64,000 bases of DNA from the NCBI GenBank assembly GCA_000091205.1, contig AP006501.2; one strand, written 5' to 3'. The notes under the pieces are model-generated. The model saw only the letters and a program-made list of their open reading frames with translations. It was not told the origin of the DNA and did no database searches. The first letter of the stretch is position 1. Every line of letters begins with the position of its first letter. A program made the translations under genes and the position numbers. This document shows positions 1 through 11,952 of the stretch, in pieces. This DNA is from Cyanidioschyzon merolae (lineage: Eukaryota).

Positions 1-227
1 CATGAAGCAGCACCATCGCAAGCCTCCGGTGAGCCGCATTTCAGGACGTTTAAGAATCCGCTCTCGATGATTCCGGCAACCGGCTGGTGTACGAATCCTG
101 GAGTTATTGCTGGAGAGGTTGCGGATGCTGTGGGCAAAGATGCCATGAACAGCGAAACTGCTGCCAAATTCGCGTACCGCGCATCGATGCTCTAGCGCTT
201 CCTTAAACGACCACTGTTTTCTGCCGA

Positions 228-1385
228 TCAAGCCCGGCAGGAAGCGCGAATCTGTTCCGCGCTTTTGCGGCCGTAGTGGCGGATCCACGGATGCATCGCA
301 GAGAGAACCACCAAAAGCGCCTCTTCGGTTCGGATGGTGCGACTCCCCTGATGCGGGCAAGCATTTACGTAGGCGTCGAACAACTTTGCGACGTCCGGAC
401 TGCCATAGCTTGCTTCGAGTCCGTGGATTCCACCAAATGCAACGAGAAGCTTGCGGAAACCCCCTGGAGGAATGAATGACGCCCTCCGAGCACTCGCCCC
501 ATCGATTTCAGTTTCAGCCGCCGTGCTGTCCGTAGCTCGTTCGGCAGAGCTACCCCAGAGGGTAGCGAAGAGGTCGGTGCCCCGCTCGCTGGTACCTATT
601 TTCACATCAGCGCCGCTCGTGGACAGAGCCTGTACTAAGTTAGCAGCCAGTCGCACTTTGTAGCCCCAGTAAAGCCCAAGCCTTTCGCGGGGCTCATCGC
701 GAGCGACCATCACGGCCCGAGTCCAAGTCCAGCAGCCTTGCATATGTAAAGACGGATGCGAATCCCGTTTACGCTTACGGTTCGAGCCTTGTTCCGCAAC
801 ATAGTGTCCACTCCTCTCTAGTTTCTCGAATCGCACTGTAACGCGCTGTCCGACGGGCAACGGCATGTCAGTGTCGACAGCTACAGGAGCGTCCCAGCCG
901 ACGTGAACGTATCGACTTCGGTCTGACGTTGCGCCAGTGTCTGGAGCGGGTACCACGACCCCCTCGCGGTACGGAGTTCCCTCGTGCCGCCGCGGATGGT
1001 GCGGTGTATCCAGCGGGTTTAACAGTCCAACGTACTGTAGTTCAGGCGTATGCGGAAAAAGCGCCTGTCGCAGGTACTGAGGGCACTCGGCATACTGCAA
1101 AAGTCTCGCTAGATGGGTATCAAAAGCCGTCGACGACGGCGATGAAACGGTGCCCGCGATAGTTGCACGGACACGCTCAGCGAAGATAATGACCTCATCT
1201 ACCTCAAAGATTGCAAGTGCTCTCGCGATCTGCCCCGCAAGGTACGTCTGTAACGCCGGGGTCTGCGCGTTAGCCAGAACGGATCCAGGCAGCGCTACTG
1301 CAAGTGTCCACGAGCGCCCTTTCTGCTCGCTCTTGGTGCAGTTGGAAGCAAGGGCAGTTTCCTGGTGCATGCGTAGAAGGTGCAC
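228..1385 (-). CDS. SPOUT-class putative RNA methyltransferase, DUF171 / C9orf114 (SPOUT1)-like
   Basis: 385-aa ORF. The N-terminal block WTLAVALPGSVLANAQTPALQTYLAGQIARALAIFEVDEVIIF matches the conserved start of the DUF171/UPF0106 family (SVAIPGSI..NAQS..L.TYLAGQIARA..IF.VDEIVVF). A C-terminal Gly-rich SPOUT-knot-like segment LVAFGGIHGLEASYG is also present. Family membership inferred from motif recall, not from a database search. Confidence 0.72.
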   Translation of the reverse strand: MHLLRMHQETALASNCTKSEQKGRSWTLAVALPGSVLANAQTPALQTYLAGQIARALAIFEVDEVIIFAERVRATIAGTVSSPSSTAFDTHLARLLQYAECPQYLRQALFPHTPELQYVGLLNPLDTPHHPRRHEGTPYREGVVVPAPDTGATSDRSRYVHVGWDAPVAVDTDMPLPVGQRVTVRFEKLERSGHYVAEQGSNRKRKRDSHPSLHMQGCWTWTRAVMVARDEPRERLGLYWGYKVRLAANLVQALSTSGADVKIGTSERGTDLFATLWGSSAERATDSTAAETEIDGASARRASFIPPGGFRKLLVAFGGIHGLEASYGSPDVAKLFDAYVNACPHQGSRTIRTEEALLVVLSAMHPWIRHYGRKSAEQIRASCRA

Positions 1386-3417
1386 AGCGCCCTTTGTTTC
1401 GGTTCAGTTATGGGCCAATTAGAAACCGTCTGAGCGCCCTCTGCTCCAGTCGATCTGAGCAACGCTGGGTCAGACAAAAATGTTTCTAAGCGTTGCAAAT
1501 GGCGTCGATGATCCAGTGCGCTGCGCGTCAGCGCGTGCTGAAGTGCTCGTTATTTGAGGACGAAAGCCATTCTGTGACTAGAGACATCTAAAGCCGTGGA
1601 ATAATAGAATAAAAGACTGAACGCCCGCCCTGTACCTGGCTAGCGATTTTTTGCGAACCCTTCCCAGGTGTACAGCCTGCACACTCGAATTCAAGCAGTG
1701 AGGGCGTAAGGATTACACCGTAGCTTAAGGTTGCGTTGTTTTCCTCTGGGACTTGCAAACACGACGCTCTGCCGCCGGAATTTGTTACGTTACCGAAATC
1801 GCCATTTTTCAGGACGCTTTAGAGCAAGTTTTCGTAAATCAATACATGCCATTATCCAACGCTTACGTTCAAGCCTCTACTTGTCAAATTGGACAGCCAG
1901 GAGTGTGCTCAAATCACCGACTTCCCGGGGTTTCGCTTATTTTGTTGCAAGGATGCTCGTTGGGCACAGCGACTTGCGCCGATGGATCGACGAGAACACG
2001 TAGTAGCCCGCGTCGTCCCTTGGCGACGTGCCCACAAGCTCATGCTGAAAGACCACCGCCCGATTCAGGTCCGATGATCGGTTCCGTTCCGAAGACAAAT
2101 CGTCCCCTATTGTGGACATCAGGGAAGCTCCATTCGAATGAAGCATCACAAGTCCCACGGAATATGCCTTAGAGGCTCCTGTCTGTTCTCTTTGCACGGA
2201 ATACGGTTATGGACTCGAACTTGAGCGATCGTAGCGATCGCTTCCTGTAGAGGACGCGTCGCAGCTTAGCACGAAATGAGTGAACATAAATCCAAATTTC
2301 TCGAACAAATCTCCAGCCTGGGTTTTCCGTCGGCCACTCGTTACACCACGGACAACGTTGCATTCCATACAGGCTCTGTCGAATGGAACATGGTGCGCTT
2401 GCACGTCGAGCGTACGACGTCCGCTCCTAGGGGATCGCCCAGAACAAGCTCGCAAACGTAGCGCACAGCGCGCAACGGAGTCGGGCACCCATGGGGGCAC
2501 TCTGCACCCGTCATGGGCATGTACCGGGTGGTGAGGGGAGCGTTCAGGTACCGTGGGGCGGCCCTTGGAGGAAGAGGAGGATGACGAGGAGCTCGTGTGC
2601 ATCTGAGGGAACGCCTGACCAGTCTCAAGTGTCACCCCTGCAGCGGGTACAGCGCGACCGTATGCCAAGACGATTCCCTTATCGCAAACGACGCGCATGT
2701 CGCAACCGCCGCCTGTGCATGAATTGTGTGGACAGCAGCCGAACACCTCAAGCTGACGCCCTCAGTGATATGGCAAAGCCGTTCTGTGTCTGTCCTGCGA
2801 TCGCACCGGCGCTTTAGGAGCCATCGCTGACGCTCAAGGCGGGCTCGGCGCACGAAAGAACTGGAAAACTGCACGGTGTCTTCGAAGGAAGCCCCGATGA
2901 GTGCAACTTGGAAGGAGGCGTAGCGATTGATGCTCCATCGTATGCTGGTATCAAGCGCACAATCGGGGATTCCCGGTCTGGGCAAACCCTCGATCAGAAA
3001 ACAGCTGGAGGCGGCGATATCGAGGACTGCAACGCTACGATCAATATCATTCAACTGCGTACAACCGCGTTGGACAGACAGGAGAGACCGGTATATGTAA
3101 AGCTGAAGATATGAAAGAGAAAAATGATCAGTAACAAGAAACTTGCAAAGGATGGTGTTGATGATATTGGAATAGGCCTAAACTTAAGAGTCTTTGCCCA
3201 AGTTCAGTGAGTGAATCCGTAATACTCTCATGTGACATGGGTGCGAAGAAGATCGGCCAACGTGCATCAACTGCCCGATGCGCGCCAAAATACGCGCGCG
3301 GACGCTGCTCGAACGCGCCTCGGTCGGCAATTTCCCGCGGCAAGCTTCTTCCCGCCTGGTACTCTCTGCCCTGCGTTGGCGTGTACCCAATATTCACAGA
3401 AGAGCCTTTGTGAAAAC

Positions 3418-4206
3418 ATGTTCGAGGCCCGCTTTCCGGAAGCGCTGCTTTTAAAGAAAATACTGGAGGCTATCAAGGACCTAGTCCAGGATGCCAACTT
3501 CGAGTGCACTGAGAGTGGCATCACCCTCCAGGCTATGGACAACGCTCACGTATCGCTCGTCACACTGCTTCTGCGTGGCGAGGGTTTCGACCTCTACCGA
3601 GTCGACAAACCTGAATCGCTTGGTATTAACTTGAACTCTATGTCGAAGATCATGCGTTGTGCGGCGAACAATGACACTGTCACTGTGGACAAACTCGAAG
3701 GTGCTGACACGGTGCGCTTTCTCTTCGAATCGCCGAACGCAGATCGCATGAGCGAGTTCCATCTCAAGTTGATGGATATTGACTCGGAAACGCTTGAGAT
3801 CCCCGAATCCATGTATCACGCTGAGATAGAGTTGCCCAGCGCGGAACTGCGTCGGATCGTGAGTGATCTCTCCACAATGGGCGACTCCGTGCGCATTTCT
3901 GTAAGCAAGGAGGGCGTCCGCTTTACGGTTCGTGGTGACGAAGGGAGTGGAAGCGTGATTCTGCGCCAAAGTACCGGTGTGGATAAGCCGGAGGAGGCGA
4001 TTCATATTGTAATGAACGAACCGGTGGAGCAGAGCTTTGCACTAAAGTACTTGAACTTGTTCTGCAAGGCGGCGCCTTTGAGTGCGCGCGCACAGATCAA
4101 ACTGAGTAAGGATGCTCCACTCTTGGTCAACTTCTCCATGAACAATATCGGATATTTGGCTTACTATTTGGCCCCGAAGATAGGAGATGAAGATATTGAA
4201 GAGTGA
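3418..4206 (+). CDS. PCNA: Proliferating cell nuclear antigen (PCNA), DNA sliding clamp
   Basis: Start taken at the internal ATG at 3418 (MFEARFPEALLLKKILEAIKDL...), which aligns with the canonical PCNA N-terminus ([22 protein letters not shown]). Full-length collinear similarity: LQAMDNAHVSLV, GINLNSMSKIMRCA, QSFALKYLNLFCKAAPLS, YYLAPKIGDED. 262 aa is the canonical length. The ORF-track start at 3232 adds a non-homologous leader. Confidence 0.95.
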   Translation: MFEARFPEALLLKKILEAIKDLVQDANFECTESGITLQAMDNAHVSLVTLLLRGEGFDLYRVDKPESLGINLNSMSKIMRCAANNDTVTVDKLEGADTVRFLFESPNADRMSEFHLKLMDIDSETLEIPESMYHAEIELPSAELRRIVSDLSTMGDSVRISVSKEGVRFTVRGDEGSGSVILRQSTGVDKPEEAIHIVMNEPVEQSFALKYLNLFCKAAPLSARAQIKLSKDAPLLVNFSMNNIGYLAYYLAPKIGDEDIEE

Positions 4207-4830
4207 AACCACAGTCTTTGCTAAGTCCGGAGTCGGAAGAGTTAGGTGGACTTGTTTACTATCTGCAGAACGGATCCTCTGCGATTCTCCCCGGTGGCTT
4301 GCAACTACCTGTGGTTAAAGACTGGACCGCAGGCATCCAATGCGCATGACGCAGGTTACTGCCGATGAGCGTAGGCGCGCTGCGTTTTTAAACTCGAAAT
4401 GAAAACTCGTGCACAGGTTGCCTGATCGAATCTGTCGGCACTCAATACCGCACTCGCAAGCTTTTCTTCTATGTCCAAGTTCAGAACGCCTACTGAAGCT
4501 TGTGAAGCAGCCTCAGGAAGCTGGCAGAAACAACAGCAGTGTCCACATCATCTATTGCAGCTGCAGCGCGCGCGCTGCAACGATCCAGACACATCACCGG
4601 AATGCGCCTGATCCGCAATACTTGAGGCAATGCGTCTCTACCGAAATCCTGGACTCGGAGCATACCATTCATGGATGCGCTCATCGAATTCGAAAGCATA
4701 TACAGGTTTCGCTTCCATGGCATACAATCGGCGACCATGTAGCTGTTGATTTCTCGAACGCTACGTGACTTCCTGGGGCGAAATGAATGGAAGCGTTCTC
4801 CCCGCCGCTAGCGCCATGGCCCAATGCGAT

Positions 4831-6501
4831 TTACTCGACGCGACGCGCCTCTCGTTGACCGGATCGCGAGCTGCCACCCATCGGCGCTGCACCGGTACCG
4901 CTGCCGCTGCCGCCATGTCCACGGCCTGTGCGTCCGTGGCCCCGAAGGCGTCCTGTACCACCCGATGGATGCGTATCTCGGTCAAGAGCGTACCCCAGCG
5001 AGCTTGTTCGGTACGTCAGGGAGCGTGTCGTATCTATGACGTACTCGTAGATGCCAAGTGGTTGGTAACTCATGAGCACCTGATTGCGGCGATCGTCAAT
5101 TTTTGCATCCAGGCGGGCGCTGCGTACGAGACTTGCTACCCAGCGCTCTGCTCGAGCACGATCCATATTCAGTCGATCCGCGAATCCGTGCAAGTCGATG
5201 CAATCATGCGTACGACAATACATCTCAAAGATCAGCTGCAGACCGCTCTCCTGAAAGGCATCAACCGAGTCTCGCAAAAAGTAATCTTGACGCAGTGCGC
5301 TCTCACACTCTCGAAGCATATCTTCTGCTGTGCCCAGATCAAGGTTCCCCCAGAGACTTTCAACAAAACCTACAACAGGGTCTTTGGACAACTTTGCTCC
5401 GTCAAGGTCGATAGAACGCACCACTTCAGCGAACAGGTTCCGTTTCTGCCGTTTGTTGCAGATGGCGAGTGCAGCGACGACGTAGCGATAGAGATGTGCT
5501 GCGTTGGTTTCAATGGCCGTAAAGTAACGTTCGCTGGCGATGTTACCGATCGAGCCGGAAACATTGCGGTCAGTGCCCGCGCCAGACGACGAATGTAGTG
5601 AGAATACCAGGTCGATGAAATAATTCAGTGTGGTTGTGTTTTGGAAAAACACAAAGAGGCCCCAATGCAGCAACCAGGTCCGTTGTTGAAGCTGTTGCAG
5701 TGGGTTCAGCACGGGCGAACTCGATCCTGACAAGGAGGTGATAAATGCACGCAGGTTTTCAATTTCTTGCAACGCTGGTTCCCAACGATTTTCGAGGATC
5801 TCAGAGGCCAGCATTCCCCAGTGCAGCCCCAGGTCACGTTCCCAGTCTAAATCAGGCACGAGCGCGCGATATAGACGCAGCAACTCGCGTGACTCTGCAT
5901 AGTTTCCACAGTCGAACTGAAAGCGAGCATATTCATAAAGGGCATCAAAGAGGTCTTCGGAAAATACGTCCCGTATTTGGCGTACTTTGTCCAAAACGGA
6001 AGCATCCAGTTGTGGCAGTTCCTCTAAGTTGCTCGCCTCAGTTTCACCGTCTATCTTCGCGGTATCGCTTGTCGATGTTGGCGATAAATCCAGGCTCACT
6101 CTCGGCGGTGCTTTATCGTCCACGATGCCAGCCTCATCGGACTTGCTGATTTGCGCCTCTTTTGCCACTTTGCTTACTGCCTGGAGCAGCGGACGCACCT
6201 CAATATGGAGCGTCTTCAGTGCCAAAACTATTGATTCTCGCCTTTCCGCCAGCGCAGCACGCCCTTCCAGACCTCTCTGCTCGTCCTCAGAAAGTGGCTG
6301 GTCCTGCTCAATTTCCTGCCATACTTCCAGTGCATAGTCGATCATGCTTGTGCGCACCAGCGTGTGCAGCAACGCGAGTTGCGCATCCCGTTTTTCCGCG
6401 CGAGTTGGCGCGGTTTCCTCCTGAAACCTAAGCAAGGGTATTATCAAGTGGCGATCGAGGCACGACGTTAATGTCGGGAGTAGATCTTGTGACCACGACA
6501 T
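4831..6501 (-). CDS. EIF3E: Eukaryotic translation initiation factor 3 subunit E (eIF3e / INT6), with a Gly/Arg-rich C-terminal extension
   Basis: 556-aa ORF collinear with eIF3e: FLDRHLIIPLL, YEYARFQFDCGNY, SPLQQLQQRTWLLHWGLFVFF, LRECESAL..DYFL, ADRLNMDRARAERWVASLVRSARLDAKID (PCI domain). The last ~80 aa (GGTGRLRGHGRTGRGHGGSGSGTG...) lie beyond the canonical eIF3e end. Confidence 0.9.
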   Translation of the reverse strand: MSWSQDLLPTLTSCLDRHLIIPLLRFQEETAPTRAEKRDAQLALLHTLVRTSMIDYALEVWQEIEQDQPLSEDEQRGLEGRAALAERRESIVLALKTLHIEVRPLLQAVSKVAKEAQISKSDEAGIVDDKAPPRVSLDLSPTSTSDTAKIDGETEASNLEELPQLDASVLDKVRQIRDVFSEDLFDALYEYARFQFDCGNYAESRELLRLYRALVPDLDWERDLGLHWGMLASEILENRWEPALQEIENLRAFITSLSGSSSPVLNPLQQLQQRTWLLHWGLFVFFQNTTTLNYFIDLVFSLHSSSGAGTDRNVSGSIGNIASERYFTAIETNAAHLYRYVVAALAICNKRQKRNLFAEVVRSIDLDGAKLSKDPVVGFVESLWGNLDLGTAEDMLRECESALRQDYFLRDSVDAFQESGLQLIFEMYCRTHDCIDLHGFADRLNMDRARAERWVASLVRSARLDAKIDDRRNQVLMSYQPLGIYEYVIDTTRSLTYRTSSLGYALDRDTHPSGGTGRLRGHGRTGRGHGGSGSGTGAAPMGGSSRSGQREARRVE

Positions 6502-6832
6502 TGAATCTAGGGTTTAAACTAGCCGCTTTCGTGTTCCTAGGAAAGAGTTTGTAGAAGAGTCCAACCAGCTTGCTCCGATCGTTGCAAGCAACCCGTTGGA
6601 AGCGATCTAGCTGGCGGGTCCAGGCGATTTGGCTTAGCCTGCAGCCTGCCTTTAACAACGATTAAAGGATTTGAGCACAATAAAACCTCAAGTAAAGCAC
6701 GCAAGCCTTTTCACGAAGCCGCTCACGTGGAATAGGAGTTCTGTAACAGTCTTTGCGACGATATGCACTTGCTCGAAGCGGCCGTCGCCGATCGATGGCA
6801 GGCGAGGCCGTCAACCACCCAAACCCGAGCGT

Positions 6833-9020
6833 CTCTAACATAGTCTGCTACCTCTATTATGTTCCACCGCAGGTGCGAGTCCTTTACGGCCTCTTCGCGG
6901 TTTACCGCAGATTCATTCGAAGCGCGTTCATCTTGAAGAAATACAGTATTCAAGGGGAAGGTATGCACGTAAAAGCCGAGGATCCTGGAGGACCGTCATC
7001 CCTGGCTGCCCGAAGAAAACGCAAAAAATCCTCTCATCGCCGATCATCGAGCGAAGACAAGCAAGTTACGAGGAAAAAAACAGAATAGGGGACACAGACG
7101 ATAAAAGGTGTTTGCTAGACGTGACAATGACGAGACTGTTGTGGCGCAGGGGGCGCGAGTACTTGGAATTCTTGCAATGTTGAGCTCCACCAGCGTCAAT
7201 GCACGCAAGGAGTTCGTGAATCGAGACGTGAACGCCGCCATCTATACCAAACGATGTGCGGTGCTGAAGAGGATACCCGAGGCGCTGGCGCGAGCCCGTC
7301 TTGTGAGGCAGCCTCTCAGGCTCGAGGTATACATGCAGAATCTGGAACTGATAGCAGGCGGCCGGTCAGACGAGAGAGTGAGGCGTCTGCGAGTGGGTGT
7401 CTATGTACCTATCATGGTCGTGAACCGCTGCTCGTTGTACCGACTATAAACTTAGAGCAGTGGATTCTGGAACAACTTTTCGAGGGCGCGCTTTTGTTTC
7501 GATTGCTTTTCTCGCAGGTGTTCAACCAAGCAATTGTGTACTTTAGGTTCGGGGGAAAGTCGCGAAACGTTTTGAGCTTTTTATGGCTTGCGTGCGCAAA
7601 CCGCCGTCATTCTGAACTGAAGGCAACGCAATCCGATAAAGTGCATGAATCAGCTGTCTCGTAGTGCCTGTTCCTAGAACTGCGCTCCAAAACGAGAACG
7701 TACCAGACGCCACCTACAAGCCTTGCTCGTTTTCAATCCGTTCCACTCCACAGTTCCGTTCAGAAAAAGCAGAGAAAAAACCACACGATATGAAGATTCT
7801 GTACCGTCGATACCGACGGTAATGAAGAGGCACGGGTGGACGACGCAAAAGCACGTTGCTCCGTGAGACCGTCGTACGTTGAACGAGACGCGCACACTCT
7901 CATACGCACACCCGCGATCGATTACATCATGAAAAGCGAGCGGTTACTACGGGACGGACGAGTGCTCGTCGCTCTCAATGAGACTTCATTCAGAGAAGCG
8001 TGCAGACCTGGACACGGGCGCCCTAACAGGGATCATCGATGTTCGCACACCAGGAACACGCGAGTATTCCGAAAAGATCAGCAGTAGCAGCAGCATGGAA
8101 ATCGTGTGGTCGCCTACTTTTCGCCAAACGGGCGGGATTGCCCAACAGCTCATTCGCGGTCGAGGCAGTCCCCAGGATGCAGAGCTGAAGTGGATGCCCT
8201 GCACGCTTGCTCCGGGGTGCGCCTTAGCGACCATGCGGCACATGCGGACGATATTGGGGCAGGGGCACAGCGAACCGCGCTGGGGCCGCCAACGGTTTCG
8301 GTTGTATAGGCCGAACTGGCGTGCAATCGCCTACGTGGTCAGTCAGTTGGACAAAGCATCGACAGACGTGTCGCATCGTTTGGTGGAGGACGAAGGCGCT
8401 CGACGTATTGCTGCGCGCAAAGCACGTACCCGTGTTCGTTGCGCGAGAGCGCACACCGAGTGCAGGAATCGATGCGGTACGTGCTCCCGTTGATGAGTTC
8501 AAAACGACGTATACGCATCACAAGCATGTGTGCACGCCGAAACGGGTAGAGAAGACGAATGTGAAACGGAACCTGATGCACGACGTGGTGTGCGGGAAGC
8601 GGGGCATCGTCAGGTAGCGACGAGGGTGCAGGTGAGCGGCTGGCAACGGCGTGATTCCCCGAGCAGCCACGCGTGCAAGCACATTCTGCGCGGAGACTTG
8701 GGCGTCTCAACGAGCACCCGGAAGCGTCTCGTGCTTCCGGAGCGTCCATCGGTTTTGCATGAAGCGAGCGCTCGAGGTAGTAATCGGTTCGACCTTCGCG
8801 GCGCCATGGTACTGGAACGCAGAAGGCTTGCGATGAAAAGAATCAGTGGCGGCGAGAGAGGGCTCTGGATTCCCGACTGGAGCTATGCACTGGTACGATA
8901 TGGATCAGCAATCGAGTGAGACTCGTGTACTCTCATATATACGCTGTGATTTGGATTCCCTGGCAGTTGGAGAAAGATCGTGCTGATATACTATCCGATT
9001 TTACTGCGGATATGAAGCGA
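6833..9020. repeat. Inverted-repeat arm A (~2.19 kb), near-identical inverted copy at 24630-26838
   Basis: The six-frame ORFs in 6750-8920 reappear on the opposite strand in 24730-26850: the 129-aa ORFs are identical, the 171-aa ORFs differ at 3 residues, and the 136-aa ORFs at about 4. Boundaries were set by manually aligning the flanks against the reverse complement. No convincing protein-coding content. Confidence 0.85.
7205..7420 (+). repeat. ~200-bp dispersed core repeat, copy 1 of 4 (inside arm A)
   Basis: Shares blocks with 12530-12705 (rc), 26260-26450 (rc) and 28021-28200: gagttcgtgaatcgagacgtgaacg, gtgcggtgctgaag, ctcaggctcgaggtatacatg and gatagcaggcggccgg. About 70% identity among the old copies. 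Confidence 0.7.
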
Positions 9021-9666
9021 GATGCAACACAGTGTTTTGATATAAATCCGCGCATTCAAACCTATAGACTTTCAGATGAACTTTGACACTCGCAACACAA
9101 ATCTCGCTCGTTGGAGCTGCTCGACTCGCGGCGTCTAGCCTTCTCGAAACTGGAATGCGACTGCCGGACAGTCACAGTTGCAAAACGTTCGCTGCGAAAT
9201 CGGTCATTGGGACAGTATTTCCAACCATCCACGGCTATTTCATGTGCAAAAGCTCTCCAAGCCGTAGAATTTGCAGTGTTTTCTTTTTTATAGGCATGCA
9301 CATGAGCTTTCTTATTTTGACGCTCCAAAGAACTAGTGTCTGATTCGGCGATCGTTGCGAGCACCGGAACACGCACGGTGCGTCTGTCGAGCTCAGAACG
9401 CAGCAGGGAGCGGAAGCAGCTGCCACAGGCGAAGACGGCTTGTTTCTCGCCGAGCGAGCGACTTAGAGGACGACCATTTGGCTATCTCGCGTGAAAGTCG
9501 TAGTTGTCGCTTGTTGGGAGCAGTATTCAGGCACAACTACTGCTGTTTGCGTACAAGACTCAATTTTCTGTGCGAGCTCCCGTGGAGCAACGGGGAACGC
9601 TACTACGGACCTACTAGTGTTGCTCTCGAAAGCCGACCGGGACGGCTATCCTGCTCGTCCAGGTCT

Positions 9667-10458
9667 ATGAATGACGACTCACGACGCTATCCCAACTTTA
9701 GTGCGTACTTTCGACCAGTGCAAGACGGCGAACCGCTACCGTCTGCACCGGAGAGTTTGGCGCTGTGGGGTCAGCGCACTGTATGGGGCCTTCTCGGTGG
9801 AGCAGCACTGGGCTTTGGCCAGGGACTTCAACGCGCACGTATGCGAAAAGCGTACCCAATGCCTGCGGGTCTCGTGAACTCGCCATCGAGGCGCCTCGCC
9901 TACTTCGTGACGAGTGGCGTGGTGAGCACCAGTGCTCACCTCGGCCTCTTCGTGGCCCTCTATAGCGCTGTCGACCTCGGTGTTCGGGAATGGTTGCGCT
10001 CGGCGCCTGCTGAGCCTTTAGCAGACGGCTGTATACTCTGTAACTGGACCCGATCGGCGGGCGTTGAACAGTCCAGCGGTCTTGCTGCTGGCTCCATAAC
10101 AGGCTTTCTCTTCCGACTTCCTACCGGTTCTGCCTCGCTAGCTCTTTCTGGAGCTGCATACGGCGCTGGCCTTGGTTTCATAGCAGGCTCCATTGAACGA
10201 TGGCTGCGCAAACTCGAGCACGCTGCTCGTTCAAAGTGGACAGCGCAGCAAGCAGCTGACGAGGTCGACCATAAAGAAGTCGAGCAGGCTGGCACAGCTA
10301 CAGCATCCTCGCCGAAGTCAGGCGCTGTTGATGCCTATATTCTAGCGCTCCAGCAACGGGTTCAGCCAAATACGCATCAGGGATTAGAAGAATGGAGAGC
10401 AAATGGCGAGGTCTCTTCTGAGGAGTCGGAGAAGAATACATCACCCGGTAGCCCTTGA
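9667..10458 (+). CDS. Tim17/Tim22/Tim23/OEP16 (PRAT) family-like small membrane protein (tentative)
   Basis: Gly-rich predicted TM segments (GLLGGAALGFGQGL, GLAAGSITGFLF, GAAYGAGLGFIAGS) with GxxxG spacing typical of preprotein-translocase-family proteins. Start placed at the internal ATG at 9667, because the upstream part of the 9355 ORF looks non-coding. Assignment rests on composition and motif, not on alignment. Confidence 0.35.
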   Translation: MNDDSRRYPNFSAYFRPVQDGEPLPSAPESLALWGQRTVWGLLGGAALGFGQGLQRARMRKAYPMPAGLVNSPSRRLAYFVTSGVVSTSAHLGLFVALYSAVDLGVREWLRSAPAEPLADGCILCNWTRSAGVEQSSGLAAGSITGFLFRLPTGSASLALSGAAYGAGLGFIAGSIERWLRKLEHAARSKWTAQQAADEVDHKEVEQAGTATASSPKSGAVDAYILALQQRVQPNTHQGLEEWRANGEVSSEESEKNTSPGSP

Positions 10459-11463
10459 AATCTTCGGAAAACTGCGAAGAGCGTACGGAGACTCGCTGGA
10501 TATTGGAGACGCCAGCGCTGTGGCGCGCCGTCTTCGCGCATAGTGGCGCCGTTTCGCGCTGTTGATGACTTTCACATTCGAGCAATGTAGTGCATTACTG
10601 TCTCACACGAGACTGTGCGAGAAAGTTTTCACACAAGCTGCTGATTCGAGAGCTCCCATCACGGATGCGATAGAAGACCGGCTGCATCCTAATGAATCAG
10701 ATCTATGACGAATCTCTTGTTCCTGCTCGTCATTTGAGGAAAACTTCCTCAAGCAGATGTGGTATATACCGGTTTCCGATGGCGCAAGATGAGAATTCTA
10801 TTTTTTCGGTGAAATATTTTCTCGGAGGCAGATGCGGCCTGCCTTCCCAAAAGCACGCAAAACGTTCAAACTAGGAGGAGGATGTACCAAAGCGACATCG
10901 TGTGCGGAGTTTATTGGAGCGTAGCTGTGTCCTCAGCTGCGTCTGCGAGCAGTCCATCTCTCATTGCTGATGGGAAACAGGGCCCTATCCAAAGGTCAAA
11001 AAAGCGTCCTACGAGGTTTCATAGCGCTCTCCCCAATCAATGCAAACCTCTCCGCTTGAAGACGCGACATGGGAAGCTCGCGTTTTGATTGTTATCTGTT
11101 GAGGAAACGTGGAAATTCTTCAGCATTTATTGCTACTCGGGCATTGCTATCTGCAGGGCTAGTAAGCGGAATGTAGTGCATCCCTATCATTCAAGTCGCT
11201 CAACACGGGCGCACAGGCGAAACCGCGGCACCGTGGTTCGCGATCGCCGAAGGCTGCATTTTAGATTTCTTGTCGGTTTACGATCGATGAAACGAGCTTA
11301 TTTACTTTGTATGCGCCGCTGCTGTCTACAGGGAAGGCAGAAGCCACTGCTCGTCAACTGCATTTTTGATTGGAGGAGCCTTGCAATCGGCGTCGGTTTT
11401 TGTAATGACACGGAGGCGTTGCGATGGAGTCCACGGGCGGGCACCAAGCCAAGCAATGTAGGT

Positions 11464-11952
11464 TCATGTCGGAGACACATGCGGGGTACCAGCGCCCTGG
11501 TCCACGGATTCGGTTGCCGCAGGAAGTTTCGTACGCGACTGTCTTGCGTCGCCCCAAATTTGGTAGCAGTAGAAGCCAACGCCGAGCCAGAGCGTCAAAA
11601 GCGCCAAAAAAGCTGCTGTCTTCGCGCTTTGCTGAGATGAACTGTAGACTAACGCAAGGACCAGTATAGGGCAGACTCCGTTGAAGGCTATGACGCTCCA
11701 GAATAACCCCCAGGGCGACCTTTTGGGTTTCTCCACGGGGTTTCGCTCTGACGCACCCACGCAGAGCGTACAGCCTCCCGCAGAGGTATGCTTCGGCGCC
11801 TTCGACGAAATCGGCTCCACTCCCGCTGTTCCGTACATGTTGGACAGCTTCTCCCAGTCGTGCCAAGTGACTGGAGCTCTTGCCTGCGGTGCTTGCTGTT
11901 TTCCTGGCACCAGCGATGTCTCGGTCGACAGCTGTGGCGTTTCGGGTCGCAA
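11464..11952 (-). CDS. Hypothetical small membrane protein
   Basis: 162-aa ORF with two strongly hydrophobic stretches (GLFWSVIAFNGVCPILVLALVY, AAFLALLTLWLGVGFYCY). No recognisable family and it overlaps other ORFs; may be spurious. Confidence 0.15.
   Translation of the reverse strand: MRPETPQLSTETSLVPGKQQAPQARAPVTWHDWEKLSNMYGTAGVEPISSKAPKHTSAGGCTLCVGASERNPVEKPKRSPWGLFWSVIAFNGVCPILVLALVYSSSQQSAKTAAFLALLTLWLGVGFYCYQIWGDARQSRTKLPAATESVDQGAGTPHVSPT

Noticed and set aside
2207-2746. 179-aa minus-strand ORF with a poly-serine run
   Set aside because: Low-complexity translation of a GAG/GGA-rich stretch in the divergent intergenic region between the SPOUT and PCNA genes. No domain, and overlapped by other frames.
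4765-5598. 277-aa plus-strand ORF
   Set aside because: It lies entirely antisense to the well-supported eIF3e CDS and has no motifs. It is a shadow ORF in GC-rich coding DNA.
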